A DNA stretch of 64,000 nt from an uncultured bacterium (lineage in GTDB: Bacteria > Acidobacteriota > HRBIN11 > JAKEFK01). Of the stretch, positions 9,362-19,726 are shown piece after piece; position 1 is the first letter of the stretch, and every line of letters begins with the position of its first letter. The notes beneath the pieces were generated by a model. The model was given only the letters and a program-made list of their open reading frames with translations, had not been told where the DNA came from and did no database searches. The stretch spans positions 256,001 through 320,000 of the forward strand of contig CAVZQN010000001.1 in NCBI GenBank assembly GCA_963777505.1, in the 5' to 3' direction. The translations under genes and the position numbers were made by a program.

Positions 9362-9587
9362 CTCTCACCTTCGAACCTCCAGCTATAAGTTGTAGCTTCA
9401 AGTGATCAAGACGATCTAGTTACACTCAGCAACCACCGCCGTTCGCGAAATTCTTCAAAATCTACTCCAACGTTGTAGTTGGCCCAGAGGAGGAAGCCGG
9501 ATCGTTTCTGAAGCAACACCTGTCAATGTGCCTGACTAGGGGATTTAGGACTGAACTGTGCGTTGTTATGTAGGAGAAATAATAATC

Positions 9588-10817
9588 ATGATCGGAAAAC
9601 TTCAAAACGATGTCATCAAGTCAGTCGGAATCTCCGAAGTGGAACAAGCACAACCGGAACAAACCGCGGAAGTCAGAGAACGTCCACAAACGCAAAGCAG
9701 TACGTCCGTAGTTCAGCAATCGAAACTAGCTTACGGAAAAATGAATGAGTCAGCATTTTCAAGTTCTTTGCAAAGAGCAAAGCTGGATGCAGCTTTAGTT
9801 GTCGCGCCTGAAACAGCTGCTCAAACTCCCGCTCCAGTAGGAGCCACACCGCCGGATGCTGAAGGAATAGTACTCCCAGGGCAGGCGTTAAAGCTGAATG
9901 ACAAAGGTGAAGAGGTTCATCAGTTGCAACTAGGATTGAATCGCTGGCGTACAATGAACAATCTTCCTCCAATTGAGGCATCGGGAACATTTACTAAAGA
10001 GACTGAAGACGCGGTAAAGGAATTTCAACGAGCAATGAATCTGAAGGACAGTGGAGTCGCTGATGAGAATACAACCATCCGAATGAATCTTGAGTTACGA
10101 CCTGAATTTCAGGAACTCAATGGTGACGTAAAGGAAAAAATCAGTGGCGCTTACAGTGCACTTCAAAACGATCCCAAAGGACGTGATAACTTATTAGATC
10201 TTATCGATGAAAAACAGTTCCTTTATACAATTTCTCCAGAAGCTCAGGAAGCGGCAATAAATGGACTGATGAAAGACCCTGGCAATAAACACGTGGCTAA
10301 TTCTATTAAGCATTATCTCACTGATGCCGCAATACTTGAGAACGATCCTGATTACGACAAGCTTCCCAATGAAATCAAAGAAAAAGCGATGAATACAATG
10401 TTTTACAGAATTGCACTTTATGGTGGCGTAAGTTCCAGCGGCCGGCATAACAGCATCTCGGGGCTCGTTGCTGATCCAAATTTTGGGAAAAGATCATTAG
10501 CTGAACAGAACCAGCTGCTTGATATTGTAACTGCTAATAATGATGCCCCGATTGGTATGAATATTACAGGACATCATCTCACCACTCGATGCTTAATGAT
10601 CCGTCAGTTTCAAAAATTGAGTGCAGAAACGCAGACGCAGGTAATCGACATTATGCATAACAATGTGGAGCTGGCGGCTCACTCCGGAAATTGGCCCACA
10701 AAAGATAATGTTGAAAATATGAGAGAGTTACTTCAAAGTCCTGCATTCAGGGCAGCTTCGGAGGAAGAAAAACGGCAAATGCTTGAAGCACAACGTAAGA
10801 AGATGAACCACGCTTAA
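9588..10817 (+). CDS. Peptidoglycan-binding (PG_binding_1) domain protein with disordered leader and helical repeats
   Basis: LKLNDKGEEVHQLQLGL...GTFTKETEDAVKEFQRAMNLKDSGVADENT; AGGAG SD before ATG 9588. Confidence 0.75.
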   Translation: MIGKLQNDVIKSVGISEVEQAQPEQTAEVRERPQTQSSTSVVQQSKLAYGKMNESAFSSSLQRAKLDAALVVAPETAAQTPAPVGATPPDAEGIVLPGQALKLNDKGEEVHQLQLGLNRWRTMNNLPPIEASGTFTKETEDAVKEFQRAMNLKDSGVADENTTIRMNLELRPEFQELNGDVKEKISGAYSALQNDPKGRDNLLDLIDEKQFLYTISPEAQEAAINGLMKDPGNKHVANSIKHYLTDAAILENDPDYDKLPNEIKEKAMNTMFYRIALYGGVSSSGRHNSISGLVADPNFGKRSLAEQNQLLDIVTANNDAPIGMNITGHHLTTRCLMIRQFQKLSAETQTQVIDIMHNNVELAAHSGNWPTKDNVENMRELLQSPAFRAASEEEKRQMLEAQRKKMNHA

Positions 10818-10901
10818 ACCGGCAACAATTACAACCTCCAAATCGTCGAGTGGCGTTTTCAAACGTCTCCTTTTAAGAAGCAGTGATTTGGAGGACAAGC
10901 T

Positions 10902-12575
10902 ATGGGTGATGCTGGAAGAGTAGCAGGTGGTGGACTCAGAAATGCGCCAGGTTTCGATAACCTTGATGAGGGGACTTCAACAGTTCGCGAGACCGAAAAA
11001 GTTCAACAGGACGGTTCAGAAGTAAAAGCACCTGAAACATCAGAGCCGCCACCCACTAATCCATTTCCAATAAAGAACCAGCCAACAGGTGGTGATACTC
11101 GCAAAGGTGAAATGTTCCTTCTTGGTCAGTTGATGCAGGCCCAATTAAAAGCTGGCCCTTATTCGCCGCCAGATCCAACACCTGATAGCGTGATCAAAGA
11201 CAGTACCGTAGGCGGAAAGCTGGATACAGACAAGCTTGCGAAAGAAATGTTAAAAGCTGCCGAAACTGGCGTGTCACCTAAAAAGTTTATAAACGAAACT
11301 TTCGATAAGCTGCCTAAAGCGGACCGCGACAAAGTTGCAAGGGCGATGGAAAAAAACCTTACTGATACTCAATTGAAAAAATTGAGATCTAGCTTCGATG
11401 GCCAGGAAGTACTGGGTCGAATCATAAATGAATATTCAAGTAAGGATAAAACTGACCTGCAAAAAATGGCTCGTTTGCACAATGCAAAAATGCAAGGGAG
11501 TTTTGAGTCGACCATGTCCTATCGAAATCTTTCACCAACCGGAAGAAAGGCCGTGTTAGATGAGTTACAAAAGGATCCAACACATTTCTCAAAAAATGAA
11601 TCGTTGGTTGAGCTTGCCAAATCACTCGGTTTTGCGCGTATATCTGACGCAACTCGCAAAGAGTTATTCAAATATGTGGAAGACAATTTGGGCAGACCGG
11701 AATTTTTAAAGGGGTTAAATCAAATCGTAGACAACGAGGCTTTCCAAAAACTCGGAGACACGGAACGTTCGAAAGTACTAAAAGATCTTTGGAATTTTAC
11801 GCAAACGCCAAACTACCAGCGAGTCTTGATGGAGACCGACAAGACTTCTGCCATTAAAGTTCTGGCGAACAACTTTCCCAGTCTCAACGAAGCGCAACGT
11901 AAGACCGTTGTCACAGATCTGAACAAATTCATGAAGACGAAAACTTACATCAACATGTCGAACCCCGACAAGGATTATGCACTGCGCCTCATTGGTGATC
12001 TCTCTACTCATTCCGCAAAAAATCCCACTTTTACTACAGCTAAAAATACCTTGAATCAATTCTTAAATGAGAAAATTTCCATGAAGTTCGTAAATTTTGG
12101 GAAGTCAAATATTGCTGCTCAGGCAGACGATGGATTGATGCTATTTAATATTGCAGGAAGCGGGCGTAATCTGATGGATCCTGATAAGGTAGTCGAAATA
12201 ACTGCACATGAAGTGAATCACATCCTGAATGGGAAGACTGCGATCGGAACATCTGAAAGATTCTTAGATGAATATCGTGCATATTACATGTCACGATCAG
12301 CTCTAGGCGAAAATCCTCCGAAAGCAGATCACATGAAGCGTGCGTTGAAATCTCTTGTTAGTGAAGGAACACCGGACGATGGTTATGAACATTTGCGGCA
12401 ATTGTATAAGAAAAATCCCGAATACAAGAAGGTGGTTGATAAAGTGATATCTGACCTCAACCGCACTCCGCCAAAATTCACGGATCCCGAAGATCTTCGT
12501 TTGTTACTTCGAGCATTGCCAGGTAATGACAAATCACCTTATCTAAATAAGCCCGCTAATATGGATAATCGTTGA
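10902..12575 (+). CDS. Effector/toxin-like protein with C-terminal HExxH zinc-metallopeptidase domain
   Basis: AHEVNH...DEYRAY; disordered N-terminus; no Sec signal. Confidence 0.65.
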   Translation: MGDAGRVAGGGLRNAPGFDNLDEGTSTVRETEKVQQDGSEVKAPETSEPPPTNPFPIKNQPTGGDTRKGEMFLLGQLMQAQLKAGPYSPPDPTPDSVIKDSTVGGKLDTDKLAKEMLKAAETGVSPKKFINETFDKLPKADRDKVARAMEKNLTDTQLKKLRSSFDGQEVLGRIINEYSSKDKTDLQKMARLHNAKMQGSFESTMSYRNLSPTGRKAVLDELQKDPTHFSKNESLVELAKSLGFARISDATRKELFKYVEDNLGRPEFLKGLNQIVDNEAFQKLGDTERSKVLKDLWNFTQTPNYQRVLMETDKTSAIKVLANNFPSLNEAQRKTVVTDLNKFMKTKTYINMSNPDKDYALRLIGDLSTHSAKNPTFTTAKNTLNQFLNEKISMKFVNFGKSNIAAQADDGLMLFNIAGSGRNLMDPDKVVEITAHEVNHILNGKTAIGTSERFLDEYRAYYMSRSALGENPPKADHMKRALKSLVSEGTPDDGYEHLRQLYKKNPEYKKVVDKVISDLNRTPPKFTDPEDLRLLLRALPGNDKSPYLNKPANMDNR

Positions 12576-12591
12576 AATTTACGGAGGATTT

Positions 12592-13125
12592 ATGACTTTG
12601 AATATTGAGCAGGCAATTATCAATCATGCAAAGGGACAACTCTCTATTCCACAAAATAAAATTTTCATTTCCAGAACTCCTATTTCGGAACTGCCACAGA
12701 ATCTCGATGTTTATTATTTGGAAGTCGATGGCAGCTACGGAAATGTTTATCATCACTATATTGTTTCAAATGACGAGCTATTTTGTTCCGCAGAACAAGA
12801 TAGCCTTGAAAGGCTATTAAAAAGCGAACGCTATTTGGAAAGGAAAAATCTGAGCGCCGATCAACTTATGATTCTATTCCGCATGCTTAAAGTGCCAATG
12901 CGCGACACACTGACGATTCACTCAAATGACCTGATTACGAATGTTGAACTAAAGCCATTCGCTGATGAAATTTCTGAGCCTTTTTTACAAGAATCTAAAA
13001 GCGGAATTGAAATTGTTTTCTGGACAACATCTCTGCGCAATAGCTCACCCGAGAAATGGACTGTTTCGATCTCGCCCGATTACAGCGTAAATTACCAAGC
13101 TGAACAAGTTACCGCACAAACATAA
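12592..13125 (+). CDS. Hypothetical protein, possible immunity or chaperone partner
   Basis: 177-aa ORF with GGAGG SD, 16 bp after the HExxH protein gene. Confidence 0.6.
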   Translation: MTLNIEQAIINHAKGQLSIPQNKIFISRTPISELPQNLDVYYLEVDGSYGNVYHHYIVSNDELFCSAEQDSLERLLKSERYLERKNLSADQLMILFRMLKVPMRDTLTIHSNDLITNVELKPFADEISEPFLQESKSGIEIVFWTTSLRNSSPEKWTVSISPDYSVNYQAEQVTAQT

Positions 13126-13133
13126 GCAGCATC

Positions 13134-13188
13134 TTAACGCCGAGTACGCAGAGTAAGATAATTTTTAACTCGGCGAACTCTGCGTTAA
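13134..13188. repeat. REP-like inverted repeat (AACGCAGAG type)
   Basis: ttaacgccgagtacgcagagt ... actcggcgaactctgcgttaa, 21-bp arms with 3 mismatches. A related unit ctctgcgtctctgcggtt lies near 43569. Confidence 0.6.
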
Positions 13189-13235
13189 ATCCTTTTAGTA
13201 ACTCCGTAGAACCCAGGTAGGATAGAATGTGAAGT

Positions 13236-13793
13236 ATGTCTAGAAACGCAATCCTCTTTTCCACTTTGCTTCTTGTACTTTCTGCCAACTTTGGATTCTC
13301 CCAGAACGAATTGAAGGATTTGAAAAGCATTGATGAACTGCAAAAACAATTTACATCCGATGCAGGCAAAGTGCGGATCATAACTCTGCTTTCTCCAACT
13401 TGAGGCTTATGCCGTCGGGGGTACTCCGATATGCAAACGATTCTAAAGAGTACAGAAAGCAAGGATGTTGTCGCGTACTTTGTTTGGCTTCCCATTCAAG
13501 GTAATGATTCGAAGTTGGACGCTCTCGAACGAGCGATGGAATTTGATGATCCACGTGTGAGGAATTACTGGGACGAAAAAGGAGTCACCGCTTTAGCCTG
13601 GCAAAAACGTTTAGAACTTGATTCCGTTGCATGGGACGTCTATTTCCTATTCGATCGTTCAGTAACGTGGGTGACAGAAGTTCCGCAGCCCACTTTCTGG
13701 ATGCATCAACTAAGAGGAATTGAAAAAGCCCCTTATCTTGATCAAGAAGAATTTCAATTCCGTTTAAAGAGTCTATTGGAAGTAAAGAAATAG
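13236..13793 (+). CDS. Exported thioredoxin-fold selenoprotein with UxxC motif
   Basis: ATG 13236, signal peptide, ...KVRIITLLSPT-U(TGA 13401)-GLCRRG..., in frame with ORF 13431-13793 (VWLP, DPRVRNYWD, WDVYFLF). Confidence 0.85.
13414..13430 (+). promoter_or_regulatory. Putative bacterial SECIS hairpin
   Basis: GUCGGGG-GUA-CUCCGAU stem-loop starting 10 nt after UGA, with GU in the apical loop. Confidence 0.7.
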
Positions 13794-13822
13794 CTGCGAC
13801 TCCTAATTAAGATCGGACTTTT

Positions 13823-14866
13823 TCAAATTCCTTTCGTTTGAGGCTCTTGTTTTGGTAGAGAGGAAATCAAATTCATTGCTGCTTCAGCAAGAGTTTTCTT
13901 TCCATTTACATAAGGAAGCCAATGGGTCTCGAGTGCTTCACGATATTCCACCCAGCCGTCTCTTTTGAAGATCTCGTAAAGCATAGGAGAGTAGTCCGGC
14001 TCGCCGCGTTCGTTCAGGATACTTCGTACGGCTTCACCAGTTGTATAGAACAAAACTACGTGCCATAAATCGTTCGGGAGAGACAAATCGATTTTTTTCG
14101 CAGCAGTTTCAAGTGCCTGCCTCACTGGATCGCTCCGATCCATGAGTGTATGAGAGGCCTCATGGAACACTGTTTCAAACGCGGCCGCGCCTTCGACCGC
14201 GCTTGAGATTAAAACGTCACCTTGACCTTCATCAGACCAGGATGTGTTTGCGCCGCTCCAATCCACTGTTTGCACAACATCCACCAAAATCGGCAAACGC
14301 TTCCATTGTTTTTGATACAGTTGCTCAATCCGTGCAGCGGTTTTCTGTTCGTCTGCAGCCAATCTTGTTTTGAGCTTCTCAATCCACCGCCGGTTTTTTT
14401 CGTCCTGCGCAATCCAACGACACGCTTTGTACGCAGGAGTTGCTGCAGCCCGAAAGCCTCGTGCAATTTCAATGAATTCGGTACTACTATCATCCTTCCC
14501 TTCGCCCTCGAAGCCAACGAGGTCCATTCGCAGTAGAAACTGTTGGCGGTCACTCCACCCATGTGGTGAGATGACCTTCATGTAGTAATCGACTGCACTA
14601 TCCCATGCGAACCGCCTGGATGGAGGAAGTTTTTCGAAGCATGTGGTTTCATCGCCGGAGTGAAACAGCTCAGGTTTGCTGTCTTTTCTCGCAAGACCCG
14701 CAGTGACCAATGCGTCGTTCAGGTTGGTCTCAAAGTCACTGTAGAAGTTGAAATGAGGTGTTGTAATTACCGGTTTGCGCTCAGCCGTCTCTCCCACGCA
14801 TACGTTTGCCAATGAAAAGACGATACACAATCCGAATATGAAGACAGCACTCAAAGGTCTTCTCAT
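13823..14866 (-). CDS. Exported hypothetical protein, possible zinc peptidase
   Basis: Signal peptide and VFHEASH (HExxH). Confidence 0.65.
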   Translation of the reverse strand: MRRPLSAVFIFGLCIVFSLANVCVGETAERKPVITTPHFNFYSDFETNLNDALVTAGLARKDSKPELFHSGDETTCFEKLPPSRRFAWDSAVDYYMKVISPHGWSDRQQFLLRMDLVGFEGEGKDDSSTEFIEIARGFRAAATPAYKACRWIAQDEKNRRWIEKLKTRLAADEQKTAARIEQLYQKQWKRLPILVDVVQTVDWSGANTSWSDEGQGDVLISSAVEGAAAFETVFHEASHTLMDRSDPVRQALETAAKKIDLSLPNDLWHVVLFYTTGEAVRSILNERGEPDYSPMLYEIFKRDGWVEYREALETHWLPYVNGKKTLAEAAMNLISSLPKQEPQTKGI

Positions 14867-14884
14867 TCTCAGCCTTTGTATGTT

Positions 14885-15385
14885 TTAGAACATTTTTTCA
14901 TCTGCAGATGGACCATAAATCGAAGGTACCGAAATATTATTCAACCGCATGTAGATTGTTAGTTGTCCGCGATGATGCACAAGATGGTTAATCGCTTGAC
15001 GAACATTTTCTTTTTTTGGAGAAGTAAATAGAACCTTGCCCTCACTCTTCAGAGAGAACGGCTCGGAGAGTGCTTCATCAGAAACAGTCTTCAATGCCAG
15101 TCTGGCTCCTTCCAAATTTTCATCAAAATGCTTTACAAGATCCGCTGTTGATTTTGGCTGACCATGATCAAAGGTTGCAAGATCAATGACACCTTTCTCA
15201 ATCATGAACGTAATCCATCGCGGAATTTCAGCAACTAACAAAGCCAAATATCCCGTCGTCATTGATCGTTCGTGAGGCTTCCATGTGAATAAATTTTCTG
15301 GGATTCTTTCAAGACAGTTTCGAGTGGATTGAGCTTCCGATTCTAACTCTTCTAAATATTCTGTTCCAAAGGTATTGTTATTCAT
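14885..15385 (-). CDS. DinB/YfiT superfamily protein
   Basis: WKPHERSM and NHLVHHRGQLTIYMR...VPSIYGPSADE. Confidence 0.9.
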   Translation of the reverse strand: MNNNTFGTEYLEELESEAQSTRNCLERIPENLFTWKPHERSMTTGYLALLVAEIPRWITFMIEKGVIDLATFDHGQPKSTADLVKHFDENLEGARLALKTVSDEALSEPFSLKSEGKVLFTSPKKENVRQAINHLVHHRGQLTIYMRLNNISVPSIYGPSADEKMF

Positions 15386-15405
15386 TTCTTTCTTACCTCA
15401 TTTGA

Positions 15406-16500
15406 TTAAGTGAGATTAGGAAACGGGAGTTGAATAGCGTTCAAAGACTTCTCGGTTTGACTGAATGTGGATAGGGAGATGCCTGCCAGGCGGATCTTGA
15501 CTCTACCTGCGTCAGTGCGAGACAAGAGTTCGCGAGCTATCGCAAATATTTCATCGGCTGTGCCAATGTAGTCGTTCAGTGTCCGGCGGCGAGTGATGGA
15601 ACGAAAGTTGTGGTACTTGATTTTGAGGGTCACTGTGCGTGCGCGTTTTCCTTCTTTCGTTAACTGATCGAAAACACTTCGAGCGCAGTCTTTAAGATAG
15701 TATTCAATTTCGCGAACGTCCAAGAGATCCTGCGCGAACGTTTCTTCTGCGCCTAACGATTTGCGCTCCCACGATGTGGTGACCTCGCGTTCATCAATGC
15801 CTCGTGCGATTTCCCAGAGATATTGTCCGAAGGATCCGAAGTGCACGTCAAGCCATTCGCGTGTTTGTGTTGCAAGGTCCGCTACTGTGCGGACGCCCAA
15901 CTTCGCCATATGCGCATCCGACACGGGGCCAATGCCTGGAATACGACGAACAGGTAGTGGGCGAATGAATTCCAGGATTTTTTCTGGCGGTACAACCGTT
16001 AGCCCATCAGGCTTTTTGTAGTCGGAAGCGATCTTGGCAACAAACATGTTGGGTGCCACTCCAGCGGAAGCAGTCAGGCCCGTTCGTTCAAAAATTTTCT
16101 TCTTGATTTCCCGGGCGACTCGTGTTGCGCTTGCCTCTCCCATCTTGTTTAGCGTGACATCCAGATATGCTTCATCCAACGAAAGCGGTTCAACGAGATC
16201 AGTGAATTCGAAAAAGATGGAACGGATAATCTGCGAGTACTGATGGTACTTTGGATGGTCCGGTTTGATAAAGATGCATTCAGGACAACGGCGATACGCC
16301 TCAGCACAAGACATCGCAGAGTGGATGCCATACTTTCGCGCCACGTAGTTAGCTGTCGTCACAACTGAACGCGATTTCGGTGAACCACCTACTACCACAG
16401 GCTGGTCACGCAGTTCCGGGCGTTCCAACAATTCCACTGCCGCATAGAACATGTCCATATCTATATGGATAATCTTTCGAACCTGTCCCTGATCCGCCAT
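15406..16500 (-). CDS. dinB: DNA polymerase IV
   Basis: IIHIDMDMFYAAVE, ANYVARKYGIHSAM, SLDEAYLD, AKIASDYKKPDG. Confidence 0.96.
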   Translation of the reverse strand: MADQGQVRKIIHIDMDMFYAAVELLERPELRDQPVVVGGSPKSRSVVTTANYVARKYGIHSAMSCAEAYRRCPECIFIKPDHPKYHQYSQIIRSIFFEFTDLVEPLSLDEAYLDVTLNKMGEASATRVAREIKKKIFERTGLTASAGVAPNMFVAKIASDYKKPDGLTVVPPEKILEFIRPLPVRRIPGIGPVSDAHMAKLGVRTVADLATQTREWLDVHFGSFGQYLWEIARGIDEREVTTSWERKSLGAEETFAQDLLDVREIEYYLKDCARSVFDQLTKEGKRARTVTLKIKYHNFRSITRRRTLNDYIGTADEIFAIARELLSRTDAGRVKIRLAGISLSTFSQTEKSLNAIQLPFPNLT

Positions 16501-16559
16501 ATGTCTTTATTGTATGTCCTCAGATGCAAACATAACCAAATCGCCAACAGTGAAGTCTG

Positions 16560-19500
16560 TCATCTAGAGGAGTAGTCGCCAATCAGAACGAATGGAGCCC
16601 AATAATATGGATGGCTAAATTTATGGGATCGGATCATTTCAAGCCGAGCTTGCTTTAACGCTGCCGGGTGTTCAAGGTTTTTATTTTCCAGGTTATTGTA
16701 AAAACGGACCATAAAATCCGATGTTGAAGCATCGTATACATTCCATAAACTTACCAGTACTTCCGAGGTACCGGCTGAAAGAAATGCACGGGACAACCCA
16801 TTGACTCCTTCCCCGCGGATCTGCTTTCCTAATCCCGTTTTGCAGGCAGAAAGGACAACGAGATTCGCATTAAGACGCAGATCAAAAACTTCGCGCAATG
16901 TCAGATATCCATCTTCTCCACTACCAGGTTCCGAGGCGAGAATAAGCGCGGAATATTGAGGATTTTCTTCATCAATTAATCCGTGACTTGCAAAATGGAT
17001 GTACCGAAATTTCTCAAGATTCGAATGCTTTACCTTATCTTCAGTAGCATCTTGCCCAAAATACAACAAAGACTGCTCATCAGGGTAGAGCTTGGAAATT
17101 GTTTTCACTTCATTGCGTGCAAAGGGCAACGGCGCGAGAGTTCCGGCCCATTCGCGAACTGTAGCATTCATTGGAGTACCGGTCGTTTCTGGCAATGCTG
17201 GATCGGCAAATGCGATTAGCTGCGCCGTAGCAGTATCACTGCGCCGCGTGACGCTTCTCAGTGAGCCAAGTACAGAAACAGACGGCACATAAGCGATCTC
17301 ATATCTGCTTCCAAAGTAAGCCAGCCTTGAAAAATCAATTGCTTTTGGTGAATTAGATTCTACAAGAAGACTTTCGAAAGGAAGATAATGCAACGGACCA
17401 TCAGGTGCGATAATAATTTTCTGTTTTTCATTCACCATGAGTTGCCCCGGAGCAATCAGGGATTGATACAACCAGGCAGCCTTCTGAACATAATCCGAGT
17501 GTGCATGCTCCGTAGTTTCAAACATTGCATCAGGCTTTTGAAGAAGCTGCCGTAGCGAGTGTACCGCCTGCGTTAATTCTTGATCGCCAGGAAGTGTGTG
17601 CGCTACGAGATTATCTGATGTAAGGACAAACAGAACCGAATTCTTTTTGCCGATAAAGTATTCAAGAAGTATCGAAGTTGGATCCAGAAGTTTTTTAGCA
17701 TTCTCAAAACTTAGGATCTTCGGCCTCTGCAAGTCTGCAAACCGCGGATCAAGATTGCGAATCTCTATCATTACACTCGCATACTGTTCATCAAGTGCTT
17801 TTACTTCATTCTGAAGTTTCCTGATTTTTGTAGCATCCGGATTTTCACTTTCAAGCTCATCCTTAAGTCGGCTGTTTGCGGTTGTAGATCCGCGGATTAT
17901 TTTTTTCTTTTTTAAGTCCAATACAGGATCATGAACCGGATCCTGAATTCTTGCTTCAGCTAAAAGATCCAGAAATGCCCTTGCTTTGGATCGCTGTACG
18001 TATTCAAATGCTTCAGCAGTCTTTCCTGATTGAACCAATTGTAAAATCAGATCCTCAAAAATTTGAAATTTGTTTTCAAGAAATCCTGATTTTTGCTCAG
18101 CCAAAAGCACGTGAGAACGCATTTTTTCGGTTAGTTCAATCGCTTCTTTCATGAATGCGATCGATTCTTCAATTTGGCCTATTTTGCTGTACAGCATTGC
18201 TTTTTCATAAAGCGCATCACTCAGATTCTCCGTTAGATCCGCCTTGCGAAACGTTTCAATCGCTGTGGACAATTCCTGCATCGCTTGGGTATTTCTTCCC
18301 ATTTTCGCCAGAATGCTTCCGACGTACATCCGGCTTAAACCTTCATCTAGTCCGTGACCAATCGATTCCATCATGGAAAGCGCTTTCAGTTGGGAGGCAA
18401 GTGCTGCGTCATACTTTCCGAGCCGGCTTTGAACATTCGAAATATTGCCGATGGCTTGAGCAATCCCTCTCTTCTCACCCATTTCTTCGTATAGCTTCAA
18501 GACTTTTTCGTATTGAGACAATGCCTCTTTATAATTTCCTTTTTGTTCATTGATGCCGCCAATATCAGTAAGCGCATAAGCGGCTGCTCTTTTTTCGCCA
18601 ATTTGTTCCGAGATCTTGTAGGCTTTTTGAAAATATTGCAACGCACGATCTTCCTGATTGAGCGCCCAATAAATCCTTCCTAATTCACTGACCGTTACTG
18701 CCTCTAATCCGCGATCCTTTAATTCGATCGATAATTCATAGGCACGCTGAAGGCTCTCCATCGATTTTCCATAGTCTCCCAGGTTCATATATACAATTCC
18801 CATATTCAGCAGATTTGTACCCATGCCGGGCTTATCGGAGGCCCTCACAAAAAACAGTTGCGCTTCATTGAAATCTCTTAATGCAGCATCCAGATCACCT
18901 TGATTCCAGTAGACCAATCCGCGATTTCCCAAAATCATATTTTTTTGAAACTCTAAATTGTGTTCTCCTGCAATCTGAAGGCCTTTCCCATAAGTATCCA
19001 GTGCTAACGAATACTCACCCTGGATCCACTGCACTGCACCCACATTTCTAAGAGCCGATACTATTACTGCAGGAAAAGGAATTTTTTCTGCAAGGTGAAG
19101 GGCTCGTTCAAAGTATTCGAGTGCTTCAGGAAATTTTCCCAGTCGGTTTAAGAGCGCTCCACGATAATCAATTGCTTTTGCGAGTTCTTTTTGGTTACCA
19201 CTTTTTTCGATGATTGCGATTGCCTGCTCGGATACTTTGATTCCTTCTTCGTAAGCGCCGGAGCTTAGTTTAAAACGCGTCAGTAAATTTAAGGAGCCTC
19301 CAAGACACTCATCGTCTTTTATTTCGCGACAGATTTTCTCTGCCCGTGCTTGTGCCTTTTCTGCCTCTGACTTTCTCCCAATAATTTCGAGTGGAAAACC
19401 GATCATGATCAGAGATTTTGCAATATTCCTTTGATTTTTCGATTCTTCAGCGAGTTGAATCGCTCTTGAACATAGATCCACAGCTTTCTGAAAGTTACCC

Positions 19501-19631
19501 TGGTCGGTTTCTTTTTCCGACATCGCCAATAGATCGGAGTCTTTCGATTCCTGATCGCCGGGATAAGCAATTGCAGGAAAAAGAATCAGAATTATGAAAC
19601 AAATTTGCCATAAGAATGCGAGTCGAAGCAT
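16560..19631 (-). CDS. Exported TPR-CHAT (caspase-like) protease
   Basis: Signal peptide, many TPRs, HFASHG and LSACKTG catalytic dyad, HPYYWAPF. Confidence 0.92.
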   Translation of the reverse strand: MLRLAFLWQICFIILILFPAIAYPGDQESKDSDLLAMSEKETDQGNFQKAVDLCSRAIQLAEESKNQRNIAKSLIMIGFPLEIIGRKSEAEKAQARAEKICREIKDDECLGGSLNLLTRFKLSSGAYEEGIKVSEQAIAIIEKSGNQKELAKAIDYRGALLNRLGKFPEALEYFERALHLAEKIPFPAVIVSALRNVGAVQWIQGEYSLALDTYGKGLQIAGEHNLEFQKNMILGNRGLVYWNQGDLDAALRDFNEAQLFFVRASDKPGMGTNLLNMGIVYMNLGDYGKSMESLQRAYELSIELKDRGLEAVTVSELGRIYWALNQEDRALQYFQKAYKISEQIGEKRAAAYALTDIGGINEQKGNYKEALSQYEKVLKLYEEMGEKRGIAQAIGNISNVQSRLGKYDAALASQLKALSMMESIGHGLDEGLSRMYVGSILAKMGRNTQAMQELSTAIETFRKADLTENLSDALYEKAMLYSKIGQIEESIAFMKEAIELTEKMRSHVLLAEQKSGFLENKFQIFEDLILQLVQSGKTAEAFEYVQRSKARAFLDLLAEARIQDPVHDPVLDLKKKKIIRGSTTANSRLKDELESENPDATKIRKLQNEVKALDEQYASVMIEIRNLDPRFADLQRPKILSFENAKKLLDPTSILLEYFIGKKNSVLFVLTSDNLVAHTLPGDQELTQAVHSLRQLLQKPDAMFETTEHAHSDYVQKAAWLYQSLIAPGQLMVNEKQKIIIAPDGPLHYLPFESLLVESNSPKAIDFSRLAYFGSRYEIAYVPSVSVLGSLRSVTRRSDTATAQLIAFADPALPETTGTPMNATVREWAGTLAPLPFARNEVKTISKLYPDEQSLLYFGQDATEDKVKHSNLEKFRYIHFASHGLIDEENPQYSALILASEPGSGEDGYLTLREVFDLRLNANLVVLSACKTGLGKQIRGEGVNGLSRAFLSAGTSEVLVSLWNVYDASTSDFMVRFYNNLENKNLEHPAALKQARLEMIRSHKFSHPYYWAPFVLIGDYSSR

Positions 19632-19726
19632 ACGGATACCTCAAGGACTAGTGCACACACCATATCATATAAGGCGGTTTTGAAGACTTACGGTTATGTC
19701 GCTGTGGCAACAGCTAAGTCAAATGT

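Noticed and set aside
9361-13200. Integrative element at tRNA-Leu
   Set aside because: No integrase and no duplicated tRNA 3' end found in the window.
16513-16534. TATGT-N12-ACATA upstream of dinB as a LexA box
   Set aside because: Short arms, and it matches no LexA consensus I can recognise.
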